Of a stretch of 64,000 nt of DNA, positions 28,535-36,641 are shown one piece after another (the stretch's first letter is position 1; every line of letters starts with the position of its first letter). The stretch is from an uncultured Desulfobacterales bacterium. Lineage in GTDB: Bacteria > Desulfobacterota > Dissulfuribacteria > Dissulfuribacterales > QOAL01. The position numbers and the translations under genes were made by a program. The stretch is from assembly GCA_964638145.1 (NCBI GenBank), contig CAZXAK010000007.1:151757-215756 (forward strand), in the 5' to 3' direction. The notes under the pieces were generated by a model. That model searched no databases. It was not told the origin of the DNA and saw only the letters and a list, made by a program, of their open reading frames with translations.

Positions 28535-28651
28535 GAATTGTTGAAATTATATCATCATCAATCGCTATTCAGGTACATGTCATTTTAAATTTCTAAATAA
28601 AAAAACCTTATTACAGTAAGTTACTAAATTAGGGCACTCTGTTGGCAGATA

Positions 28652-28667
28652 TGGCACGAGTTATGCT
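28652..28667 (+). promoter_or_regulatory. sigma-54 promoter, unit F (TGGCACGAGTTATGCT)
   Basis: GG 28653-54 and GC 28665-66 are in the 12-nt register. Confidence 0.75.
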
Positions 28668-28785
28668 CTATAAATTATGACGGATTATAAAAGTAGATGT
28701 TAATGCTAATTCACAGAGCGTAATTAGTACATATGCTCAAATTAGTATGTAAGGCCATGACAATCTTTAATGAAAGGAGATGACC

Positions 28786-28995
28786 ATGAACGCGAATGTT
28801 AATGCAAAGGGCGATGAGCTTGTTAGGGACAGCGCTGATGTAGGCAGTGAAGCTTCAAAGGCGGCTCTCGGTACAGGAATCAGTCTGGCAGCGTTGATCG
28901 GTCTTTGGGCTGTAGCATGTCTTATTGGAGGATTGGCGGCCGCAGGTCTGATTGGTGTGGTAACTGGATACATCAAGGCTGTAATTGGCATGTAG
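28786..28995 (+). CDS. 69-aa small membrane protein, paralogue F
   Basis: MNANVNAKGDELVRDSADVGSEASKAALGTGISLAALIGLWAVACLIGGLAAAGLIGVVTGYIKAVIGM. The second ATG (28786) gives the family-standard 69 aa and RBS spacing (GAAAGGAGATGACC-ATG). Confidence 0.8.
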   Translation: MNANVNAKGDELVRDSADVGSEASKAALGTGISLAALIGLWAVACLIGGLAAAGLIGVVTGYIKAVIGM

Positions 28996-29590
28996 AATTT
29001 TTATAAGGGGGTATTCCTTATATTGATTCTGAATAGCATGAGATAAGGTTAGGGTGAGGAAATATGATGAGGCATTTAAAGTTGCCATATTCAAAGGGCC
29101 TGTAGTTACCTGAGAGGGGGATATCACGAAAGTTGTTGCGTATATGCCGTGGCTGTAGGTGTTATAGATAGAGGCAGAAAAGGGGTTAATGCGGCATATA
29201 AAGCAGGAGGATTAACCTGGTTGCAGAGAGGGAAGGCATACCGTCGCTCAGGATAATTTGTGCCTTGTTGTGTTGTCATGTATAACGCACCATTTGAAAC
29301 TGCAGGATTAACCAATTTTCCATTTTTTAACTCGTAGCAAAGTCAAAAAAGACTGATCAACTCCATTGGCGTGCTTAAAGTGGACGTTTGAGCCAAAAAA
29401 AATGGAGTAAAAGAAGAGATAGGGTAAGCTGAATGTATGTGTGTATCAGTCTTTCACCCCTGAATTAATCTTTCAAACTGTCCACCACATGGGTTGTGGA
29501 TATTTGAAAATTATCCATACCTTCAAGTTACTTCACTGGACGATCTACACCTAAAGGATACAAAAAATTCAATAAATTATACTGTGCTAA

Positions 29591-30763
29591 CTAACGGGTT
29601 TTGGTGCGGAGCACTTCTGAATTTTCAGTGACAGAACCGTTTATCACTGCCTTAACCCTGATATAATATGTAGTCCTTGGTTTAAGTCCTTTTATGCGAT
29701 ATCGCAGGACATCACCAACGGACTTGTCCTTAATGCCGTTATGGTATACGGAAAAGTCCGGTGTCGTGGACAGGTCTATATGATATTCTACATCGCCTGT
29801 ACAAAGTTTGTCCCAGCAGACAATGATATCGGTTTTATGTCTCCTGTATGTCTTTAGGCCTGAAACCCGCATCATGTCAGTGATATCTGCAACATGGATT
29901 ATTCCGTTGCCAAGCCACGCGATACGATTACGGCTAATCACAGGACTGTGATCTTCTGCTTCATTGTCAGTAATCTGTGAAAAGCCATTAGCCCTGCTGT
30001 ATACGAATATTTCACCGTCATGGCCATCCCTGCGCACCATGACTGCCTGTGTCCCGTCTGATGAGTTGCTTCTGTTGAACTTAAGGTGTCTTGGTGCAGG
30101 TCTGGGGCCTGGATGCCGTTTCCCAATATAGTAAATCCACTGGGACAGTTTGTGATTGGAGGTTTCCTGCAGCCAAATAATCCTGGATGAATCTATGCGG
30201 GGATCGCTGCAGTCAGAGCGAGTATGTGATATGGTCCGCGGGCCTTTACCATGAGTGGCATCATAAAACATGACCTTGCCTGCCTCATATGACCTATCCA
30301 CTTTTTGAGACGTCCACACAACATGTCCGTTGGCAATCCGGGGGGTATAGTTGTCACAAAAATCTAAGGGAGATATGCGTTTTGCTCCGGTTTGTCCCTG
30401 TAAATCAAAGAGGTATATCTGGTTTTCCCCGCCATTGGTATGTTTCTGCCATACCACGAAATTGCCATCGGTCTGGGGGAGAAGATCGTTGTCATCATCG
30501 TCGGTTATCTGAATGACATTGAATGTGTTGAGGTCGCAGTAGAATATTTCAGTGTCATTACCCCCTGACGTGGAGCCGGGAAGGCCACCTTTGGCTTCCC
30601 AGACCAAGGCTGTGCCATGTATCATGGGAGATTCGTAATCTGAAATGGTGGTCAGTCCGCCGCTATTCCATATCTCTCTGCTGGCGTCTGCCCAGAGGTT
30701 TGGTGAGGCAAAAGATAGGGTCAAAATTAATGTAACTGTAATATAAAGGATTCCTGATTTCAT
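29591..30763 (-). CDS. Secreted beta-propeller-like repeat protein with C-terminal fibronectin type III domain
   Basis: Signal peptide MKSGILYITVTLILTLSFASPNLWA. There are repeated blades ending in hydrophobic-VW motifs (GTALVWE, GNFVVWQ, GHVVWTS, SRIIWLQ, NRIAWLG). The C-terminal FN3-like sequence is RYRIKGLKPRTTYYIRVKAVINGS. Confidence 0.65.
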   Translation of the reverse strand: MKSGILYITVTLILTLSFASPNLWADASREIWNSGGLTTISDYESPMIHGTALVWEAKGGLPGSTSGGNDTEIFYCDLNTFNVIQITDDDDNDLLPQTDGNFVVWQKHTNGGENQIYLFDLQGQTGAKRISPLDFCDNYTPRIANGHVVWTSQKVDRSYEAGKVMFYDATHGKGPRTISHTRSDCSDPRIDSSRIIWLQETSNHKLSQWIYYIGKRHPGPRPAPRHLKFNRSNSSDGTQAVMVRRDGHDGEIFVYSRANGFSQITDNEAEDHSPVISRNRIAWLGNGIIHVADITDMMRVSGLKTYRRHKTDIIVCWDKLCTGDVEYHIDLSTTPDFSVYHNGIKDKSVGDVLRYRIKGLKPRTTYYIRVKAVINGSVTENSEVLRTKTR

Positions 30764-30879
30764 GGTTTCAGCTTCCTTTTTTTATTTTGCATTGAGCATA
30801 AAGATGCCATGATATTGATGACCGATCTTCAATTTCCAGGGGGCCGCCTTGTCTGTTGGATGAATTGCCATGTCAGGCA

Positions 30880-32841
30880 TTACCATGTGATGGGGTCACT
30901 GCCACCATATGCACCAAGGTCATTTCCATCATCTCCGCTTGCAATGGCAGGGGAGCCGGGCTGGAGGTGGTAATCTCCATTGGACCTGTCCACAAACAGT
31001 GGATCTGCAAATATTTCATTGGGATTTCCTGCAAAGTTTGGAGGAGAACCGGTATAGCAAGCGCCAGTCTGAGCGGGAACAAAGGTGTCCCGGCTATTGT
31101 TGCCATAGTATAGGTTATAATCTCTCAGAGTGCTGCAGACAGCATCATGGACTCCGGCCTTCATGTTCCATGCAGTGATATTGTTCTTTATGACATGGGG
31201 GTTCTGGGACGAATTCCACTGGGGCCGGTCATAGAAGTTTCGTGTAAGGCCTGTAGTGGGATCAGTTGTTATGGAGATGTCGTCATAGACTATTCCTCCA
31301 CCTCTATCTTCATCGAATTCGGTTACATGAGAACCATTGCTTACCACTGTGTTGTTACTGATTTCTGTTATTCCCCATTCCGCACTGAATGGCGTATAAG
31401 GGCTTATACTGTTCCCTGAAAAGCGTATGCCGCCCCTGGTGTTGCTGTAGACAAGATTGTTGGTTATGACCCCTGATGCGTGGTCAAGGCGCATGCCCGC
31501 CCGGTTTTCATAAATTTTGTTCCGCCTTATGGTGAGCTGTACCGGTCCGTTGGCCGTATTGAAACCCACACTGGTAGGCAGACTGTCAGGGTCAGGCGGA
31601 AAGGTGCCGGACCAGTCTCCTGTAAAGATTCCGGCAGCACCTGTGTGATTGTGTATGTCGTTGTCTGTGATAGTGGCTGAGCATGCATTGAAAAAGGCTA
31701 TGCCCGAACGTGTATTTTCGTAAATCTGATTTCCAGTTATGGTGATTGTGCCGGTAACATGATCAAGTACAGATATACCCGCCCGTGTATTTTCATGGAT
31801 ATAGTTGCCTGTTATAGTAACAGGTTGAGAGCTTGCGTAGCCCGCCACTTTTGAGTTTCGGAATACGAAGAAGGTGATTCCTGCAATGCTGTTGCTATAT
31901 ATATCATTGTTGGGACCAATGGTGACGGTTGATGTCCCTCCGATATTAATTCCCGCCTGGCCATTGTCGTGTATGGAGTTTCCTGATATGTGCGGGCTTA
32001 CACTGGACGTGTCGATTAACAGGATGCCCGCTCGCCTGTTGCCCTGGATGGTGTTGTTTTCAATGCTTACCTGATCAATGGAATAGAGGCGTATGCCGCT
32101 TCCTTTTACTGAACTGCCTACACCGTTGTTGCGGATAAGGTTTCCATCGCTGACAGTGCTGCCCCCGATGATTACCCGGTTGGATGATCCGCTATCGCCT
32201 GCCAGGTATATTCCGGCAGTCCCACAGTCCTCAATGGTGTTACCCTGTATGGTAAGGGTGCTGTTGCTGATGGTCCCGCCCCATTTGGTGGTTATCCCTG
32301 AATAGGCTATGTCATATATGGTGTTTCCTGTAAAGGTAGCCACAACCTGGCCATTCAGTCTGATACCACCCCGCAGATAGGACCCCCCATTTATGACACA
32401 GTTTTTGACAGATACGTTGGTACACGAGTCCTTAATGATGATCCCTGCTTTGAGTCTGGTGCTAGAAGAGCCGTCAAGAACAAAACCGTCCAACGTACAG
32501 TCGTCTGCGAGAGAAAATTTGACGATTGTCTTGAAAGATGAGGTGACTACAGGTTTTTCTGCTTCTGCAGCCAGTACATCCACCCCGGTCTTCATGTATA
32601 TCCTTTCTGCATAGGTTCCAGGATGGACAAGTACATCATCACCGCTTGCTGCTGCTGTGATGGCATCATATATACGACAGTAAGGATTTGCCTCTGTTCC
32701 TGAACCTGTGGAAGGACAGGTGTCGTCATCAACATGTATCTCTGCGGACCATGAAGAAGAGGAGAGGCAGAGCACGAGGGCGGCACATAAAAGACCTATG
32801 TAAAGGATGGTCAAGTCCATGCATTCTTCTTTTGATATCAT
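30880..32841 (-). CDS. Secreted right-handed parallel beta-helix repeat protein (pectate-lyase/NosD-like fold)
   Basis: The signal peptide is LTILYIGLLCAALVLCLSSSSWSA. More than 10 PbH1-type repeats are present (GNTIYD..YSGI, GNTIEDCGTAGIYL, NNTIQGNRRAGILL, GNSIHDNGQAGINI, GNYIHENTRAGISV, GNQIYENTRSGIAF, RNKIYENRAGMRL, NNLVYSNTRGGIRF). The start is either 32841 or ATG 32820. Confidence 0.8.
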   Translation of the reverse strand: MISKEECMDLTILYIGLLCAALVLCLSSSSWSAEIHVDDDTCPSTGSGTEANPYCRIYDAITAAASGDDVLVHPGTYAERIYMKTGVDVLAAEAEKPVVTSSFKTIVKFSLADDCTLDGFVLDGSSSTRLKAGIIIKDSCTNVSVKNCVINGGSYLRGGIRLNGQVVATFTGNTIYDIAYSGITTKWGGTISNSTLTIQGNTIEDCGTAGIYLAGDSGSSNRVIIGGSTVSDGNLIRNNGVGSSVKGSGIRLYSIDQVSIENNTIQGNRRAGILLIDTSSVSPHISGNSIHDNGQAGINIGGTSTVTIGPNNDIYSNSIAGITFFVFRNSKVAGYASSQPVTITGNYIHENTRAGISVLDHVTGTITITGNQIYENTRSGIAFFNACSATITDNDIHNHTGAAGIFTGDWSGTFPPDPDSLPTSVGFNTANGPVQLTIRRNKIYENRAGMRLDHASGVITNNLVYSNTRGGIRFSGNSISPYTPFSAEWGITEISNNTVVSNGSHVTEFDEDRGGGIVYDDISITTDPTTGLTRNFYDRPQWNSSQNPHVIKNNITAWNMKAGVHDAVCSTLRDYNLYYGNNSRDTFVPAQTGACYTGSPPNFAGNPNEIFADPLFVDRSNGDYHLQPGSPAIASGDDGNDLGAYGGSDPITW

Positions 32842-32922
32842 AATCAGGACTCCTTTGGACGAAATACCATAAATATCTGGGGCATTGTATTGTGCTTGAG
32901 AATTCTTTCCGGGATTAATTTA

Positions 32923-32938
32923 TGCAAGTTTCCTGCCG
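32923..32938 (-). promoter_or_regulatory. sigma-54 promoter on the minus strand (CGGCAGGAAACTTGCA) upstream of the beta-helix gene
   Basis: The reverse complement of 32923-32938 has GG and GC in the exact 12-nt register and TTGCA at -12. It lies 80-100 nt upstream of the start codon. Confidence 0.55.
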
Positions 32939-33333
32939 TTTGAAAATGAGTGACATGGATGGCATCTGCTGGTCTGAAAGATGCCCAAATTGTAGGGTTT
33001 GCAGATAGAAATATTGAAAAAAGTCTTTTTGAGTAACTGTTAGACACAGTATTTAGACAGATTAGACTACCTGGGTTGCGGTGTCAATAAACGAAAAATG
33101 TCACTCAAATGCCAAAAATTGGTTCAGTTTATGGTCAGTGATGCTGGATGAGTGATACTGCCAGGGGAGGTGACACTGGTAGGGGGCGGAGCGAGATTTT
33201 TTCGTATCACAGTCGGAGGCCTTTCCCCTGGTCAAGATCATCAGGAAACGCACCATCTGCACCTCTCAGGTGTTTATGTATCTCAGGTATTTTATATGGC
33301 ACTGCCTGCCGCCGGAGGCACAATGCATGATAA

Positions 33334-33499
33334 CCTGAATTGAGTGATTCCCAAGTTTGCATGAAATGCAAGGCGGAGGAGACGCAGATGTACTGTTGTA
33401 CTTCAAGTATCCGACAGGTAAGCGAAGACTTCGAGGCAGGAGATCATACGAAATTGGGAATCCCCAAGCTTTCACATGATTTGAAACGCTCAATTCAGG
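33334..33499. mobile_element. MITE copy 1 (166 bp; module A only), bounded by 13-17-bp terminal inverted repeats
   Basis: It runs from CCTGAATTGAGTGATTC to GAAACGCTCAATTCAGG. Its interior matches the left half of the 276-bp copy at 44431-44706. It has no ORF. Confidence 0.8.
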
Positions 33500-33692
33500 A
33501 ATAATTTGGATGGGTGCATACTTGTGTTACTTGTATGATGGTAGCGCCGTTTAGATATAAATTAGTGCACTGTTAGCCCATATCTGTCAAGAATCGTCCC
33601 GTGGACTGATTTGCAGGTATGTTCAGCACGCTGCGTCAGGCCGCTCCTTCCTTCCGTGGGGATATTGAACATCCGGGCATTTGGCTGCCTGT

Positions 33693-34094
33693 TTATTTTT
33701 CTTCTGGTGCCGCCATAATGCGTGCAATAGGTTCAAAGGCCTCACAGTCCATGCACATCTCTATTTTTTCTCTCGGCGAGTTGGGTAGGCATTTTTCACA
33801 GAAGGTGCCGTTTATGAACCAGCACAGTTTCCCTACGTTGAATTCCCAGGCCGGGCATCTGTACTTTACCTCCTCAGAGCATTTCTTTACATCCCAGCAT
33901 GGCTTCAGGTGTCCATTTATCCCCTTCATACGGGATATGAAAAAGTATATCTGCCTTTCAACATAGACAGGTACGGTCCGCCATCCCTGTTCGTAGCTGG
34001 AGATGGTCTTCTGAGAGGTCCCCAACAGCTCTGCCATTTGTTTCTGTGTCCTGCCGAGGATTTTTCTGGCATGTGCAAATTCTTTATTGGTCAT
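33693..34094 (-). CDS. XRE-family HTH regulator fused to a Cys-rich C-terminal domain with two CW motifs
   Basis: The N-terminal HTH is FAHARKILGRTQKQMAELLGTSQKTISSYEQG. The C-terminal domain is CWDVKKCSEEVKYRCPAWEFNVGKLCWFINGTFCEKC...CMDCEAF, with 9 Cys residues. It is divergent from the cytochrome operon. Confidence 0.75.
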   Translation of the reverse strand: MTNKEFAHARKILGRTQKQMAELLGTSQKTISSYEQGWRTVPVYVERQIYFFISRMKGINGHLKPCWDVKKCSEEVKYRCPAWEFNVGKLCWFINGTFCEKCLPNSPREKIEMCMDCEAFEPIARIMAAPEEK

Positions 34095-34179
34095 AAGTTT
34101 AATTAAAATTAAAAAGTTATTGGTATAACCAATAGTTATTAGAATTTAATTGTAAGTTAAAGGTTGATTAAAAAATCAG

Positions 34180-34207
34180 TTGACAATGCTCAGGTAATAA
34201 GATAATT
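34180..34207 (+). promoter_or_regulatory. Putative sigma-70 promoter of the cytochrome operon
   Basis: TTGACA (34180-85), a 16-nt spacer and ATAATT (34202-07). Confidence 0.4.
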
Positions 34208-34215
34208 GATAGAGG

Positions 34216-34230
34216 TACCACATTGTGGTA
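34216..34230. promoter_or_regulatory. Perfect 7-1-7 palindrome TACCACA-T-TGTGGTA, candidate operator
   Basis: It lies just downstream of the putative -10 and about 50 nt before ATG 34283. A second inverted repeat, TATTGG-TATAA-CCAATA, lies at about 34114-34130. Confidence 0.4.
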
Positions 34231-34282
34231 TTAAATGCAACTTGTGATTTACGGACTCAGGAAGATTTAGGAGGAATCGAGG

Positions 34283-35629
34283 ATGAAAAAAGCAATTTTC
34301 AAGGGACTTTCGGTAATTTTTTTCTGTCTAACTGTTCCCATGTTTCTGGTTTCAGTGGCGGCCTCAGAGGATCTGTCTGATAGCAGTGAGTGTATTTCCT
34401 GCCATACAGACCTTGAGGAGATGGATGATTACGGGGCTGAGGCAGCAAGTGCCGCGGCCGCGGTGGCCGGGTGAGGCGTTTCTGCGCCCCAGGTCAGGGG
34501 GCGTGATACCTTTGGCGTAGCCAAGGACTTTCTTGATACACCGCATGGAGAACTTGGGTGCCGGTATTGCCATAAGGGCAAGAACGTTGACGATGAGGAG
34601 GAGGCCCATGAAGGGCTCATAAGGGATCCTTCCGATGCCAACGGCGGTGGAGTATGTGCTGAGTGCCATGAGGAGATCACGGAGACTTTCAAAACCTCTA
34701 TGCATTATACTCTAAATGGTATCATGGACATAGTAAAGACCATATCTTCTCCTCACAAGATGCAGGATACCCTCTTGCCTGAGGCATGGGCACTGGATTG
34801 TGCCGAGTGTCACGCAAGTTGTGGTAGCTGTCATGTGGCATGGCCTCACGTATCCAAGGGTGGACTTATTGACCGGCACAGGTTTCAGAAAAAACCTCCG
34901 ATGGAGAAGACCTGTTTTGGCTGTCATGGTTCCCGTTTTGCCGGTGAATATGTCGGTTTTCTTGGTGAGAATGCAGACGTACATTACTCAAAAGGCCAGA
35001 TGGAGTGCTACGACTGCCACAAGGGCTCCCAGTTCCATGAAACCAAGCCAAAGGGGGCCAAGCGCTACTATGCCACAGAGACTCCACGCTGTGAAAACTG
35101 CCATCCAGATGCAGTGGCAGGCCGTTCGAGCATCCCAATGCATAATGCACACGGCAAGGATGTGCTGGCATGTCAGGTATGTCATGCAACCACCTACTTC
35201 AACTGTCAGAATTGCCATGTTTCGCTTGATGTGAAGAAAAAGGGCGAGATAAAGGTCATTTTCCCGTCAGATCCACTTTATACTTTCAAGATCGGCAAGA
35301 ATATTGATGTAAGCCCCAACAATCCATACAAGTACAATCTTGTCCGACATTCACCCATGAAGAAGGACTCTCTTGCCTCTTTGCGTTATTTCCAGAAGGT
35401 GCTCAAGGGAAAACCAGGTCCTGAGGATCTGATTTCCAACTGGGATGCACTTCCCACATGGAATTCTGCAGCGGTCCATAGCATACAGAGAAAGACTCCA
35501 CAGAATCAGTCCTGTAATTCATGCCATGGCGTGAAAAAGCTCTTTCTTACCAAGGATGACATTAAACCAGATGATCCAAAGGCCAACTATAAGGTAGCTG
35601 TGGACGTTCCACCTGCGATTAAAAAGTAG
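34283..35629 (+). CDS. Secreted 11-haem c-type cytochrome with a predicted selenocysteine (UGA at 34472-34474, residue 64)
   Basis: ORFs 34283..34474 and 34700..35629 are in the same frame. The 75 codons between them have no stop and encode CRYCH and CAECH. The N-terminal part has a signal peptide and CISCH, while the downstream ORF alone has none. There are 11 CXXCH in total, and a SECIS-like hairpin follows the TGA. Confidence 0.7.
34485..34503 (+). other. Bacterial SECIS-like hairpin (CGCCCC-AGGUCAG-GGGGCG)
   Basis: A 6-bp GC stem begins 11 nt after the UGA. The apical loop carries GGUC at +21 to +24 from the U of UGA, compared with +22 to +25 in the E. coli fdhF SECIS as I recall it. Confidence 0.6.
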
Positions 35630-35656
35630 GGAGATGTAGAGGAAAGGAGTGGTCTC

Positions 35657-36622
35657 ATGAATAAGTACGCGTATTTGTTGATGTTGCTGGTTGTGGGAGT
35701 GGTTCTCGCCGCTGTTATAGCTCCTGGGATATCCAGGGCAAGGACTGCTGACCCCCTTGTGTCCACAGACTGGCTGAACAAGCATATGGGGGACAAGTTA
35801 GTGGTTGTTGTGGATATCAGGACCGGGGCAAATTATGCCTTTGCGCATATACCTCATGCGGTTTCTGTGCCATACACAAATATCGAACCAAAGAATGAAA
35901 AGGGTCTGTTCATGCTTCCATCCACCAAGAAGATGACAGAGCTGTTCCGCAAGGCCGGAGTGAACAGAAAATCCCATGTCATTGTATATGGCCATGGAAA
36001 TACGGTCAGTGACGCATCCAAGGCCGCTGCCACTTTCTGGGCACTTAAGGCCATGGGGCACAGGAATGTCTCAATGCTGGATGGGGGTTTTACCAAGTGG
36101 ACTTTCGAGGGGCGTGTAGTAACCAAAGAAGTCCCTAAGGTCAAGAAGGGTAACTTCAAGGCGGTGGTGGACGCCTCCCTTATTGCAGACATGGATGAAG
36201 TGGCAAAGGCAGTAAAGAGCAGGCGGGCTGTTCTGGTTGATGCAAGGAACTCCATTCAGTATTTTGGACATGAAAAGCGGGCAGATGTGACCTGTTTCGG
36301 TCATATTCCCGGTGCAATAAATCTGCCTGCAGATTTCCTGTCCAATGCTGGCATAAACCGTGCTCCTGCCACTGTCAAGTCCAAGGATGATCTGCGCAAG
36401 ATGGTACGTGGAGTCGGTATTCCCGACAAGAAGTCAGTGCCAATCATTGTCTACTGTAATACTGCTCAGCTTGCAGGGCTCAACTATCTCGTTTTAAAGG
36501 ACCTGCTGGGCTACACCAATGTAAAGGTATTTGATGGTTCCATGCTGGAGTATTGTAACCTCAATGGGAAGTTGCCTGTTGAGCGGTTTTCCTGGAGCCT
36601 GAATGCACCACACGGCAAGTAG
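35657..36622 (+). CDS. Periplasmic tandem-rhodanese sulfurtransferase (SseA/thiosulfate sulfurtransferase-like), active-site Cys present
   Basis: Signal peptide MNKYAYLLMLLVVGVVLAAVIAPGISRA. There are two rhodanese domains; the C-terminal catalytic loop is IVYCNTAQLAG. Confidence 0.85.
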   Translation: MNKYAYLLMLLVVGVVLAAVIAPGISRARTADPLVSTDWLNKHMGDKLVVVVDIRTGANYAFAHIPHAVSVPYTNIEPKNEKGLFMLPSTKKMTELFRKAGVNRKSHVIVYGHGNTVSDASKAAATFWALKAMGHRNVSMLDGGFTKWTFEGRVVTKEVPKVKKGNFKAVVDASLIADMDEVAKAVKSRRAVLVDARNSIQYFGHEKRADVTCFGHIPGAINLPADFLSNAGINRAPATVKSKDDLRKMVRGVGIPDKKSVPIIVYCNTAQLAGLNYLVLKDLLGYTNVKVFDGSMLEYCNLNGKLPVERFSWSLNAPHGK

Positions 36623-36641
36623 CCTGGAAGGAGGAAGAGTT

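Noticed and set aside
24860-28995. The small tandem ORFs as RiPP/bacteriocin precursor peptides.
   Set aside because: - Conservation is strongest in the hydrophobic C-terminal half rather than in a leader.
- There is no hypervariable core or double-glycine cleavage context.
- No maturation enzyme, protease or dedicated exporter lies next to them.
- The sequences look like tail-anchored membrane proteins.
30806-30827. A sigma-54-like sequence (reverse complement TGGCATCTTTATGCT) upstream of the beta-propeller gene.
   Set aside because: The GG-to-GC spacing is one nucleotide too short (11 instead of 12). Sigma-54 is intolerant of such changes, so the gene is more likely read from the beta-helix promoter.
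34283-34474. Treating the 63-aa ORF as a stand-alone small haem protein, with the cytochrome starting at ATG 34700.
   Set aside because: - The downstream ORF would then lack any signal peptide.
- The 225-nt spacer is stop-free, in frame and encodes two CXXCH motifs.
- A SECIS-like hairpin follows the TGA.
- Read-through as selenocysteine explains all of this better. A pseudogene with a single nonsense mutation remains the alternative.
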